From the NCBI GenBank assembly GCA_045805065.1, contig JBJMMA010000144.1, positions 1-44,978 on the forward strand: a stretch of 44,978 nt of DNA. Reading direction: 5' to 3'. Positions 16,407 to 25,626 of the stretch are shown piece by piece. Source of the stretch: Bdellovibrionia bacterium. GTDB taxonomy: Bacteria > Bdellovibrionota > UBA1018. The first letter of the stretch is position 1, and each line of letters begins with the position of its first letter. The notes beneath the pieces were generated by a model. It did not search any database and was not told the origin of the DNA. It worked only from the letters and a program-made list of their open reading frames with translations. Position numbers and translations under genes: made by a program.

Positions 16407-18236
16407 TTAAGGTTTGCCGTAATTCATCGGTAAGAACTGCAGCTTGTCCCAAGGGAAACCTTCCAGGATTTGCCAATCCGCCTTCCCTTGAAACAGTCCG
16501 CTTGCTCCGTTGGCGCCGTGATATGGGTCTACCTTACCCACAGCCGTATACGAGATCACGTTTTGCGCGCGAATAGAGATCGACCCGGAATGATCCCAGA
16601 CCACGAAGCCATACTTTTGTGCGGCTTTTGCGATGATCTTGGCAACCGGATGGATGTTGAGCGCATCAACGTTGACGTTCGGATCCAACCGCAAGCGCAG
16701 GCCTTCCGGAATGATGCCAGCACCATTTCCGTCGGAGCGCTGCGCAGGCCAGGAGAATACGTTCCAGGCCGCCATATCGACCAGCGCGATTCCGATCGCG
16801 TGACGAATCTCGCCGCGCTGAAGCTCCTCAGCCGTGATCTGGCCTCCTAAGAAAGGAAGACTCGTGGCGGTGGTGCCGTAAGAGCCAGGAAAAATTCCTT
16901 GGCTCTTGGAGGCCTGTTGCAGGCGACCGCCCCAGCAAGCTTCCCACTGACCGCCGGTCTTCTGCATCTGCCAGAACTCCCAGATTGTGTCAGTTGATGG
17001 TTGATACACAGTCATTTCCATGTCCGTGCCCTCAGCAGCTAGCGCGTTGGACGGGATCGGTACCTGCGCAAACTGAGCCTGCAAATTCGGATCGAGATAA
17101 CCCTTGCTTTGGCAATCCCATGCGTTCACCTTTACAGTCGCAGCTCCGGCCGGAGCGATATACACCGGACTTGAGTATGCTTCGGTATTGATCGATGCCG
17201 TTCCGTAGTACTTAGCCTTCTGATCGATGATGGATTGGACCATTTTAGCCGAGTTTGCATGCAACGGCGCATTTGCGGGAATCGGCGTATACCAGAAACT
17301 GGTCGAAGCAAATACGCTATCCGTTGGAAGTGCACCGCCCACTGGAGCTGCCGTTACCGTCGGACTTGGACTTGGACTTGGACTTGCGCTCGGGCTCGGA
17401 CTTGGCTTTGGTGTCGGAGTCGGGCTCGGGACTGCTCCACTTGCGAAGGTCCACTTCTGATTAGCACCGGTGCTGCAGTCATAGAGAATCACAGGAGTAC
17501 CGTTTGCCGTTCCACTGGCCTTGACGTCGATGCAGCGGCCACTTGATGCACTGACCAGTCTGCCGTTCGAGAGCGACCATTTCTGAGACGCAGCTCCATT
17601 ACAGGTATTGGATACAATTGGATTGAGGTTGGCTCCAGTCCCCTTGATGTCCACACAGAGATTGCCTGCACCTGCAAAGCTCTTGAGCTGTCCAGCGGAG
17701 TTCAGAACGAAGGACTGGTTGCTGCCACCGTTACAGCTATAGATCTGAAGAGCTGCTCCAGAAGCCTTACTTTCTGCGACGACATCCAGGCAGAGATTGG
17801 CACTAAGACCGCTCTTCACTGCTCCGGATGCTACAGTGGTGACTGTCGAAGGAGCGGCGCACTGCACTTCGAAGGCCAAAGACTTATCCACGCCTGAGCA
17901 AGGATCACCAAAGACACTGTTCGATGCGATGATCGAGCATGATGCTTTTCCAAGACAGCTCGCTTGCACCTTGCTCAACGAACTACTCGCGTTACAAGAG
18001 CTCGCGGTATAACTTCCGCAAGAACCCACGGGGTTTCCGTAGCTTGCAAAAACCACCTTCGAAACCACCTGACCGGATGGGCATGAAAGCGATGCGGACG
18101 CATCCTCTGGCGCTTTGGTACAAACATTCGCTGAGGCTGGAGCAATCGTAGAAATCAAGACAAGAGCCATGCTTCCTGCCCAAGGCGTAGCGCGCTTCAA
18201 AAGCGCTGTTTGTCCAGCAAATATAGACATTCTCAT
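16407..18236 (-). CDS. secreted modular protein: SUEL/galactose-binding lectin, ricin-B lectin, Pro/Ser linker and uncharacterised C-terminal domain
   Basis: FASYG...CLGKASC...FGDPC SUEL motif; CLDV...NQSF/QKW ricin repeats; GGGG RBS before ATG 18236. Confidence 0.85.
   Translation of the reverse strand: MRMSIFAGQTALLKRATPWAGSMALVLISTIAPASANVCTKAPEDASASLSCPSGQVVSKVVFASYGNPVGSCGSYTASSCNASSSLSKVQASCLGKASCSIIASNSVFGDPCSGVDKSLAFEVQCAAPSTVTTVASGAVKSGLSANLCLDVVAESKASGAALQIYSCNGGSNQSFVLNSAGQLKSFAGAGNLCVDIKGTGANLNPIVSNTCNGAASQKWSLSNGRLVSASSGRCIDVKASGTANGTPVILYDCSTGANQKWTFASGAVPSPTPTPKPSPSPSASPSPSPSPTVTAAPVGGALPTDSVFASTSFWYTPIPANAPLHANSAKMVQSIIDQKAKYYGTASINTEAYSSPVYIAPAGAATVKVNAWDCQSKGYLDPNLQAQFAQVPIPSNALAAEGTDMEMTVYQPSTDTIWEFWQMQKTGGQWEACWGGRLQQASKSQGIFPGSYGTTATSLPFLGGQITAEELQRGEIRHAIGIALVDMAAWNVFSWPAQRSDGNGAGIIPEGLRLRLDPNVNVDALNIHPVAKIIAKAAQKYGFVVWDHSGSISIRAQNVISYTAVGKVDPYHGANGASGLFQGKADWQILEGFPWDKLQFLPMNYGKP
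17362..17385. repeat. four copies of GGACTT encoding part of a Ser-Pro linker
   Basis: Direct hexamer tandem repeat inside the CDS. Confidence 0.8.
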
Positions 18237-18342
18237 TTTATCCCCCGAAAACGGCAATAGAACTATTTTTACATACCTGAGAGAGCTCTCATATGCGTCA
18301 AATGTGACAGGCAAGACGCGGTCAAATTTTTGATATGAAAAC

Positions 18343-18374
18343 AAAGGGGTAACAGGACCTTCCTGTCACCCCTT
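18343..18374 (-). terminator. rho-independent terminator
   Basis: Minus strand reads AAGGGGTGACAGGA-AGG-TCCTGTTACCCCTT followed by TGTTTT. Confidence 0.8.
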
Positions 18375-18397
18375 CTAAAGGAACTACTTTTTGGGAC

Positions 18398-19921
18398 CTA
18401 GTTGTTAACCCACAAAGTGGTTCCAGATCCGTTGGTGATTTTCAAATAAGGATTAGTCCTCGAGAACGTCAAGGTACCGAGTCTGTTTCCACCCGTACCA
18501 GTTCCCCAATAGATGGACGTACCCTTCATGAGCACCAGGTTTCCATCGGGCTGGAAGTAGGCTTTGCAGACAGCGTTCACGCAGCTCACAGCTCCATTAC
18601 GAGATGCGTAGAGCACCGATCCGCTTGAATTGGTCACGATGAGCTTTCCATCCGAAGCACGCATGGAGAGCGTCGTGCCGCCATTCAAGACCAGCTTCTG
18701 ACCCGCATACAAAGTGAACTGACCCGTCTTGTAGCTCACAGAGTTAGGAAGCGTCGTTGTGGTCGGCGTTGGCGATGGGCTTGGCGTCGCAGTCACCGTT
18801 GGCTTTGGAGTAGCCGTTACCGTGGGTGTAGGCGAAGGCGTTGCCGTTACCGTAGGCTTAGGAGTTACCGTAGCCGTCACCGTCGGAGTTGGCGATGGCG
18901 TTGGAGATGCCGTTACGGTCGGCACTGCTGGCAGCCAAGGATAAGCAGCATAGCCTGCAGCCGTACGAGTTGCATAGCTGGTGTTCCCGCTAGGAGATCC
19001 TGCGTTTGCAATCGCATCTGGTCCAACGAAAGTGTTTCCGGTGATGGAAATCTGGCTCGGTGAGTGGAAGAAATCAACCACGGGTCCGCTGCCCCGATCT
19101 TCGATCACAAGATTATTCGTCATCGTGAAACTGTGAGAGATCGTCGTGTCGTATGCTTCAGGAGCAAACCCGATCATTTCACCGTTTTCTGAACTCGGTC
19201 CTTTTTCAAGAACGCTGTTCGTAATCTTAACTACGCCACCCTCGGAAATATCGAGGTTGCGGCTATCTTGTCCATCAAGCGTGGCAATCGTGCTCGAGTC
19301 AACAATGGTCTGCCTTGCGCGGCTCTTGAGCAGATGTCCGCCCAGCTTTGAGCGCAAGCTCTGACTGTTCTTGAACGTAAATGAAGCCGAACGCCCGATA
19401 TACATGTTGTGAGCCATACCGCTTCCAGCGTTCATCCCGTTGCGTTCGAACTTGCTGTTCTGAATCAGGATCGTGTCGCCCGTAGCGCTTGCGAGAAGAC
19501 CGTCATCGTTGTCATGGATATAGACATTGTCGAGAGTCAGGTTGAAACCCGCAGCATCATGGCGAATGCCAGCGTAGTTCTCGCTATCTGTAGCTCCGTA
19601 AAGCTCAAGGTTTTTAATGACGGCATTCTGACCGGCCGTCACAATGATACCTTTTTGACCGCAGACTTTTCCGGTCATTGCAGGCCTTGCACTCGTGCCC
19701 AAGACCGTAATGTTGTTCTTGGTAATGTACATGCAGTCGTTATAGGTGCCTGGTCCGATCGAGATCGTATCGCCTGCGGCAGCCGCTGCAAGTGCTTGGC
19801 TTGGAAGCGAATAAGTACAACCGCTTTGGCACACGTTCAAAGTCGCGGCAAAAGCCGAATTCCCGGCCAAAATCGCCGAGGTAAAAAGGGCCGCTCGAAT
19901 CGAATACTGTTTAATGCTCAT
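18398..19921 (-). CDS. secreted right-handed beta-helix protein with Pro/Thr linker and bulb-type lectin-like domain
   Basis: Signal peptide ending in AFA; GDTISIGPGTY, IHDNDDG and HNMYIG motifs; TATPxP repeats; FQPDGNLVL; GAGGAG RBS. Confidence 0.82.
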   Translation of the reverse strand: MSIKQYSIRAALFTSAILAGNSAFAATLNVCQSGCTYSLPSQALAAAAAGDTISIGPGTYNDCMYITKNNITVLGTSARPAMTGKVCGQKGIIVTAGQNAVIKNLELYGATDSENYAGIRHDAAGFNLTLDNVYIHDNDDGLLASATGDTILIQNSKFERNGMNAGSGMAHNMYIGRSASFTFKNSQSLRSKLGGHLLKSRARQTIVDSSTIATLDGQDSRNLDISEGGVVKITNSVLEKGPSSENGEMIGFAPEAYDTTISHSFTMTNNLVIEDRGSGPVVDFFHSPSQISITGNTFVGPDAIANAGSPSGNTSYATRTAAGYAAYPWLPAVPTVTASPTPSPTPTVTATVTPKPTVTATPSPTPTVTATPKPTVTATPSPSPTPTTTTLPNSVSYKTGQFTLYAGQKLVLNGGTTLSMRASDGKLIVTNSSGSVLYASRNGAVSCVNAVCKAYFQPDGNLVLMKGTSIYWGTGTGGNRLGTLTFSRTNPYLKITNGSGTTLWVNN

Positions 19922-20040
19922 CCTAAGTACTACTCCTCGTAGATGTTAATGTACGCCCCAGGTTCAAAGAGCGTCACAAGATCATTGATACGCAGGAGAT
20001 GTTGACTTAGTTGCGCGTAAAAAATCCAGAGCCAGTCTAA

Positions 20041-20892
20041 TTATTTTCGGAAATACAGCCGGCATTGCTGCGCAAAAACGGAGTCCGGATTCTTCAGCTG
20101 TGAGACAAGAGCCTGAAAACCGCCGTTCACAAATGAGCTTTTCGCAGAGATCAAAGTTGCAAAGAGATCCGCGTTCGAAGGCTGCGAAGCATTCAAGCAA
20201 GTCCTGCCTGGCCCGCTCCACTCTTCAAGCTCGGGCTGAATCGTGCCACCGTTAGGACATTCACAGATCAGATCGTCATCAAGCGCGTGACTCGCTGGCT
20301 GAATCACTCCGCCACGCAGCCTGCAGGCTCCATCAAAAATGGACTCGTTCTCGCCGATCTCGACATCTCTTGCCAACAAAGAAAGTTCGGGCAAATGTGA
20401 GCAGTCAGATGGATTCACGCTGATAACGGGTCTCATGTAAGGCGGTGATATCGGAGGCAGTGTCACGTGAACGCTTGAAGGTTCACAGTGAGAATCAAGA
20501 ACCACCGACTTTCCCGCTCCATCAGCCAAAAGCTGCGAGCTGTAGCCAACAATTCTTTTGTTCTTTATGAAAAGAATGACCTGAGGTGACTCGGGGTCCC
20601 CCAGAGTTATCCATTCATCAGCGGGAGCATTCCCTTCGTGACTGCGAGAAAGGAGCTCGCCCACAAGGGTCTTTGATGCTGCATCGTGTACGAGTAAATA
20701 GGCAGGATATTGTCCCACATTATTTCTGACAAACGCGGCGGGATCGATCGGTCTTATAGACCTCCGAACATCAGAAAAGCCTGCACGCGAGAGCTCCTGA
20801 TCGACCTTATCCTGACATTGGAGAGGCAGGCCAAAGGATGCTGATGACAGAAATGCTGCAGCTAACGCGAATGCGAACGTGAGTGATTTCAT
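20041..20892 (-). CDS. hypothetical secreted Cys-containing protein
   Basis: Signal peptide MKSLTFAFALAAAF; long ORF with no recognised family. Confidence 0.7.
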   Translation of the reverse strand: MKSLTFAFALAAAFLSSASFGLPLQCQDKVDQELSRAGFSDVRRSIRPIDPAAFVRNNVGQYPAYLLVHDAASKTLVGELLSRSHEGNAPADEWITLGDPESPQVILFIKNKRIVGYSSQLLADGAGKSVVLDSHCEPSSVHVTLPPISPPYMRPVISVNPSDCSHLPELSLLARDVEIGENESIFDGACRLRGGVIQPASHALDDDLICECPNGGTIQPELEEWSGPGRTCLNASQPSNADLFATLISAKSSFVNGGFQALVSQLKNPDSVFAQQCRLYFRK

Positions 20893-20957
20893 ACGAATGC
20901 GCGACTTTGCTAGAACCAAGCCAGCGGCATTCGCGTCAATCGTATGAAACTTCGAAC

Positions 20958-21140
20958 TTACCGAGTGGTCAGGGTCTCAGCGCGCTCGGGTCTTTGCTCA
21001 GTCAGTTTATTGCAACCTTTGCAAAGATGAACCTGCATGGAGTCCCAATTGAACCAGTCTCCATCGCGCTGTGCGAAAACAAGACGGCAGTGAAAGCATC
21101 TGAATTGATTTCTAGGCAACTTAGTCGTCGTTGAGCTCAT
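20958..21140 (-). CDS. small zinc-ribbon protein
   Basis: CFHC...CKGC; strong GAGGAGG RBS. Confidence 0.7.
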   Translation of the reverse strand: MSSTTTKLPRNQFRCFHCRLVFAQRDGDWFNWDSMQVHLCKGCNKLTEQRPERAETLTTR

Positions 21141-21174
21141 GGTTACGCCTCCTCAGGCTTCGGACTTTTTGGAC

Positions 21175-21225
21175 AAAAAAGAAGAGCGATCCACCCGATG
21201 AGATCGGAGTGAGATCGCCCCTCTT
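21175..21225 (-). terminator. terminator downstream of the RRM gene
   Basis: Long stem GAGGGGCGATC...GATCGCTCTTC followed by a T run on the minus strand. Confidence 0.75.
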
Positions 21226-21244
21226 AATTCTTAATATTTATCTA

Positions 21245-21568
21245 TTACCAGCGATTGCTGCGACCGCCGCGGTCTCCGCCGCCGCCGCCGAAGCCGCGTC
21301 CAGCTCCGCCTTCACGGGGAGCCATTGGCTTTGCTTCGTTCACGGTCATAGCGCGACCGTCATAATCAGCACCGTTGAACTTGCTGATGACGTCAGCAGC
21401 TTCTGCTTCGGTCGACATCTCGACAAAGCCAAAGCCTTTGCTACGGCCGGTGTCGCGATCCATGATGATCTTGGCAGAAACGACGGTTCCGCATTGTGCG
21501 AAAGTGTCAGTCAAGATTTGGTCGGTTGCGGAATAAGGCAGATTGCCCACGTATAATTTTTTACCCAT
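21245..21568 (-). CDS. RNA-binding protein with a single RRM and Gly-rich tail
   Basis: RNP2 LYVGNL; RNP1 KGFGFVEM; AGGAGG RBS. Confidence 0.97.
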   Translation of the reverse strand: MGKKLYVGNLPYSATDQILTDTFAQCGTVVSAKIIMDRDTGRSKGFGFVEMSTEAEAADVISKFNGADYDGRAMTVNEAKPMAPREGGAGRGFGGGGGDRGGRSNRW

Positions 21569-21810
21569 ATAAACCTCCTAAAGGTGCTTGGGAGCCACTC
21601 GAGAGGATATGGGCACCATTGCCCGCAGACTCAGAAGAAGCGAAAGTGAAACTACTTACTCAATAAACATAACAGAAAGCGTGCCTAATAGATACCTCTA
21701 TCAGCGACGAATAAAAACAAGCGGAAGAGTATATAACGAGCAGCGCCACGGTTTCGAGTTTTCACATGGTTTCAGCGACATAACTCGTAATACGTGCTAA
21801 CACTTATTGA

Positions 21811-22746
21811 ATGAATGACGCGAACGCTGACCTATTGACTCAATTTCGCAACCTGGATCAGCTCTGGAACCCAGCTGACCTGCCCGCTTCTGAAGCGGCC
21901 TTCCGGGCATTATTGCCTGAAGCGGAGAAAATGAGCGCTCAAATAGCGGGCGCGCATGGAAGCGATCAGTGGATTATCATTGAGCTTCTTTCAATGATCG
22001 GGCGTGCGGAGGCCCTTCAACAAAAGTTCACGGAAGCTCGCGCGTCACTTGATCAAGCTGAAAAACTTCTGAATGAACAACAGGCATCGTATCGACTCGC
22101 CTCAAAAATCCGTTGGTTGATTGAGCGAGGACGACTCTACATTCTCGAAAAAACTCCCTATCCAGCGCGAAAGCTTTTTGCCGAAGCCTGGACGTTAGCG
22201 ATTAACTCAGGCGAAGATTATTTCGCAGTCGAGATTGCTCAATTGCTTGCCACCACTGAGCCTCAAAAGGTTCAGCAAGAGTGGATCCTGCGCGCAATCA
22301 AGATCGCTGAGGAATCACCGCTTCAGAAAACCAAGCAATGGCTGGGTGGACTTTACACAAGCTTAGCGTGGAAATACTTTGATCTCAGAGAATACGAAAA
22401 AGCCCTGGAAACGTTCCAGACCGCGCTCAGACACCACAAGGCCACTGGCACCGCGCGAGAGTTCTTCGTTGCTCAATGGTCCATTGGCAAAGTCCTGCGC
22501 TCCCTGGGAAAAACAGCAGAGGCTCTGGAAATCCAGAAAGCGCTATTGTCCCAGCTTGGAATCGGCGGCGAGCGCGATGGAAGACTCTACGAAGAACTGG
22601 CTGAATGCCTTCAAATTCTTCAACGCACGACCGAAGCCCAAATTTACTTTGAGCTCGCTTATCGTGAACTGTCCAATGACGAATGGGTCACGGACAATCA
22701 GCCTGTGAAGCTCAAGCGATTGAAGGACCTCGGTAAGGTCAAATAA
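21811..22746 (+). CDS. tetratricopeptide repeat protein
   Basis: Helical repeats such as LAWKYFDLREYEKALETFQTAL and IGKVLRSLGKTAEAL. Confidence 0.8.
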   Translation: MNDANADLLTQFRNLDQLWNPADLPASEAAFRALLPEAEKMSAQIAGAHGSDQWIIIELLSMIGRAEALQQKFTEARASLDQAEKLLNEQQASYRLASKIRWLIERGRLYILEKTPYPARKLFAEAWTLAINSGEDYFAVEIAQLLATTEPQKVQQEWILRAIKIAEESPLQKTKQWLGGLYTSLAWKYFDLREYEKALETFQTALRHHKATGTAREFFVAQWSIGKVLRSLGKTAEALEIQKALLSQLGIGGERDGRLYEELAECLQILQRTTEAQIYFELAYRELSNDEWVTDNQPVKLKRLKDLGKVK

Positions 22747-22765
22747 GCTTAAGTAAACTTAAGCT
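22746..22765. promoter_or_regulatory. perfect 9-bp inverted repeat with a 2-nt spacer
   Basis: AGCTTAAGT-AA-ACTTAAGCT. Confidence 0.4.
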
Positions 22766-22839
22766 CTTTGTCCTACTCTAAGCTCTCTGCCTTGATCCTT
22801 TAACTCGCCAGTCTCGTGACCAAGTGGCATTGCGCCAAC

Positions 22840-22855
22840 AGGTCCGCCCTTTGCA
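22840..22855 (+). promoter_or_regulatory. sigma54-like element
   Basis: AGGTCCGCCCTTTGCA about 30 nt upstream of ATG 22887. Confidence 0.55.
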
Positions 22856-22886
22856 AATTCTAAGTGCGCAAAGGGGACGAACGTTT

Positions 22887-23384
22887 ATGGCAAAGCCAGG
22901 ATCAAAAATCGAAAAGTTCCTGCCGAGGGACAGTGAGGGACATTCAGTCGGCGAAGTAGTCAAGGAAATCGGCACAAGCGCGATGGACCTTGTTAAAAGT
23001 GAAATCGATCTCGCACGTGCGGAATTCAAGGAGTCCGCCACCTATATCGGTCGGCACTCGGCGCAGGCAGCTATGTTTGGAGCGCTACTCGCTATCAGCG
23101 TGTTTCCTTTCCTCGCCTTCTGTGTGATTGGTCTTGGAAATGTTCTCGATGGCCGCTACTGGTTGAGCTCTCTGATTGTTGCCATTGTTTGCGCGGTCGT
23201 TGGCGGTGCAATGGCTTATCGGGCTTATAACAAAATGAAGAAAGCCGATCTCTCTCTTCCTCGCACGCGCGAAACTCTCCAGCAGGAAAAAGAGATGGTT
23301 GTCGACAAGACTCAGGACATCAAACAATCAGCTACGGACGGGGTCCGAGACGTTCGGGACTCCGCTCAACGGAGGGCATCATGA
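22887..23384 (+). CDS. YqjE-like two-TM membrane protein, Phage_holin_3_6 family
   Basis: LVKSEIDLARAE, two TM segments and PRTRETL motif. Confidence 0.82.
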   Translation: MAKPGSKIEKFLPRDSEGHSVGEVVKEIGTSAMDLVKSEIDLARAEFKESATYIGRHSAQAAMFGALLAISVFPFLAFCVIGLGNVLDGRYWLSSLIVAIVCAVVGGAMAYRAYNKMKKADLSLPRTRETLQQEKEMVVDKTQDIKQSATDGVRDVRDSAQRRAS

Positions 23385-23899
23385 GCGACTACGAAGTAAA
23401 AAAGAGCGAGGCCGAAGTCAAAAAGAGCACAGCTGAATTTGACCGGGCCATGCGACATCTGGAAGAGGCTATCGAAGATAGCAGCGATAAAGTTTCAACC
23501 GCCGTTGATACCGTTCAGGACACCATTCAAAAACCCGTCAGGATGATGCAAAACGCTCGTGAGCGGATCAAGCAAACCTCCATGCGAGGTCGCGATATGG
23601 CCACTCAGTATGGACGAATCACTCGCGATCAGTCCCAACTGTATTATCAAAAGGCGCAGGCTTCGATCGGGCCCTTCACTAGAACCATGATGACCAACGC
23701 TCGCCAACGCCCCCAAATGGTGGGCGCCATTGCTGGCGCCTTTGTGCTTGGAGTCGGCAGTCTTCTCTATTTCTCAAGACGAAAGAAGAGCGTGGACTCA
23801 CGCCGCATCCTCAGCGGGGGAGAAAATATCCCCATCGTCAGGAGCGAAGTCAGAGAGGATCGAGTCACTCTTTCTGAAATTGAGCGAAAGGTGGCTTAG
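23381..23899 (+). CDS. coiled-coil tail-anchored protein, DUF3618/YqjD-like
   Basis: ATGA overlap with the previous gene; helical N-terminus; RP followed by a TM segment and basic residues. Confidence 0.65.
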   Translation: MSDYEVKKSEAEVKKSTAEFDRAMRHLEEAIEDSSDKVSTAVDTVQDTIQKPVRMMQNARERIKQTSMRGRDMATQYGRITRDQSQLYYQKAQASIGPFTRTMMTNARQRPQMVGAIAGAFVLGVGSLLYFSRRKKSVDSRRILSGGENIPIVRSEVREDRVTLSEIERKVA

Positions 23900-24000
23900 A
23901 GCCCATTGCGAGTATTGAAGCAAAACAGCTTACACCGTTCTCTCTTGTTCTGCCGAAAATATCAGTAAAATCCCCGCTTTAAGCCTAGTCGGATAGGACA

Positions 24001-24024
24001 CATGGTTTCTTATAATCAACCATG
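24001..24024 (+). promoter_or_regulatory. inverted repeat enclosing a TATAAT box
   Basis: CATGGTT-TCTTATAATC-AACCATG. Confidence 0.4.
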
Positions 24025-24101
24025 ATTGAATATCTATAGGAATAACTAAGCGCAAGGAATGCAGCTCAGTTCTGACGCTCTGTCAGTAAGAGGGGGTTAA
24101 A

Positions 24102-25595
24102 ATGAGAAAGCATTTCGGGGTCATTACGGTATTGTCCTGCAGCCTGTTCTCGATGAGCAGTTTTGCAGCTGATCTTTATGTGTCGTCATCTAACGCAAAG
24201 GCCACTGACGCCACTACCAACAAAGGTACGGATCCAAACGTTCCGTTAAAAACGATTCAACGTGCGGCGGCTCTCGCAACCGCAGGTACGACCGTGCACG
24301 TTGCTGCTGGTACTTACAATGTATCGGCACCAGCTCTGGGCAGTGCAGGGATTCAATCCAGGAATAGCGGAACTCCATCGGCACACATTCGCTTCGTTTC
24401 TGATCCAAAAAATCGCGCAAAGATCGTGATGAGTGGAACGGGCATCGCCTGGAATTCCACAGGAAGCTACGTTGATATTGACGGCTTTGAGATTACTGGA
24501 AGCGGAAGGCTTGGCATCCTGGCTCAAGGCGCGCATCTCACAATTACCAACAACTACGTTCACGATCTCACCGCGAGTGGTGGGTGTAATGGAAGCGGTG
24601 GCGGAGGTATTGATACCCCGAACACGGTGGGTGATGTTCTCATCGCTGGTAATATTGTCAGAAATATCGGTTATTCGTTCATCGGTACCTGCAACACGAT
24701 CCAGGGCATCTACATCGCCAGCCCAAATAACGTCGTGATCAATAATATCGCTTCAGGAACCGTGGTTGGGATTCATCAATGGCATGGAGCCACCGCTTCA
24801 GCGATCATCAACAACACGGTCTTTCATTGCAAGGAAGGGATCTTGATTGGTGAAGGGGACGCAGGAGCGCTTCCGAACGGCTCTGAGAACAACTATGTTG
24901 CCAACAACATCGTTTATGACAACACGACCTACGGCATCATTGAGTATGGCAAGGTCGGCGCCAACAATCGCTACGTCAATAACTTGGTCTACAAAAGCGG
25001 GACCAATGTGAAAATGCAGACAGGATCGGTGAGCGGCACGATTTCTCAAGATCCAATGTTCGTGAAATACGAGATCGACGGAAGCGGTGATTACCACCTT
25101 CAGCCTTCATCGCCAGCAATTGGTAAAGGCACTTTGACTTCTGCGCCTCCAACCGATATCGAAGGCAAATCTCGTGGGTCCTCGATTGATCTTGGGGCTT
25201 ATGAGTACAGCAGCACTGCGCCGTCTCCGACGCCATCTCCAACTCCGAGCCCAAGCCCAACTTCTACTGCTACGCCAGCACCTGTGGTGAGTCTCTCTTC
25301 GAGCTCTCTCAGCTTTGGCAGTGTGAAGGTAGGATACGTCAGCACGGCTAAAACGCTGACGATCAAGAACAGCGGCACTGCATCCCTGAAATTCACTTCT
25401 GGCTTTGTGTTCAGCAGTGGATTCAGCGGCTCTGGCAACTGTTACACTTCCGTTCCTCTGGCTCCGGGCGCAAGCTGCTACGTCAACGTCAAGTTCAAGC
25501 CTTCCTATGTGGGCAGCGTAACTGGATCGTTGAAAATCTATACCAATGCATCGAGCTCGGCTAAAAGCGTTCCGCTCTATGGTTCGGGATACTGA
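24102..25595 (+). CDS. secreted beta-helix protein, DUF1565-like, with choice-of-anchor Q, Pro/Thr linker and ASH/Ig-like domain
   Basis: PLKTIQRA and VHVAAGTY; NNT/NNI repeats; DYHLQPSSPAIG...DLGAYEY; LSFG...LTIKNSG...LAPGASC. Confidence 0.85.
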   Translation: MRKHFGVITVLSCSLFSMSSFAADLYVSSSNAKATDATTNKGTDPNVPLKTIQRAAALATAGTTVHVAAGTYNVSAPALGSAGIQSRNSGTPSAHIRFVSDPKNRAKIVMSGTGIAWNSTGSYVDIDGFEITGSGRLGILAQGAHLTITNNYVHDLTASGGCNGSGGGGIDTPNTVGDVLIAGNIVRNIGYSFIGTCNTIQGIYIASPNNVVINNIASGTVVGIHQWHGATASAIINNTVFHCKEGILIGEGDAGALPNGSENNYVANNIVYDNTTYGIIEYGKVGANNRYVNNLVYKSGTNVKMQTGSVSGTISQDPMFVKYEIDGSGDYHLQPSSPAIGKGTLTSAPPTDIEGKSRGSSIDLGAYEYSSTAPSPTPSPTPSPSPTSTATPAPVVSLSSSSLSFGSVKVGYVSTAKTLTIKNSGTASLKFTSGFVFSSGFSGSGNCYTSVPLAPGASCYVNVKFKPSYVGSVTGSLKIYTNASSSAKSVPLYGSGY

Positions 25596-25626
25596 TTAGG
25601 AAAAGAGAGATCCTTATCAGAGCATC

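Noticed and set aside
17345..18925. Short tandem repeats as CRISPR or VNTR loci
   Set aside because: They are degenerate codon repeats of Pro/Ser/Thr linkers with no repeat-spacer structure
21131..21556. 141-aa plus-strand ORF
   Set aside because: Antisense shadow of the clearly real RRM gene
22887..23384. Holin-family label as evidence of a prophage
   Set aside because: There are no phage genes nearby, and this family is normally chromosomal YqjE-like
18290..24080. TGACGC hexamer upstream of several secreted-protein genes
   Set aside because: Too short and at inconsistent distances; could be chance or a -35 box
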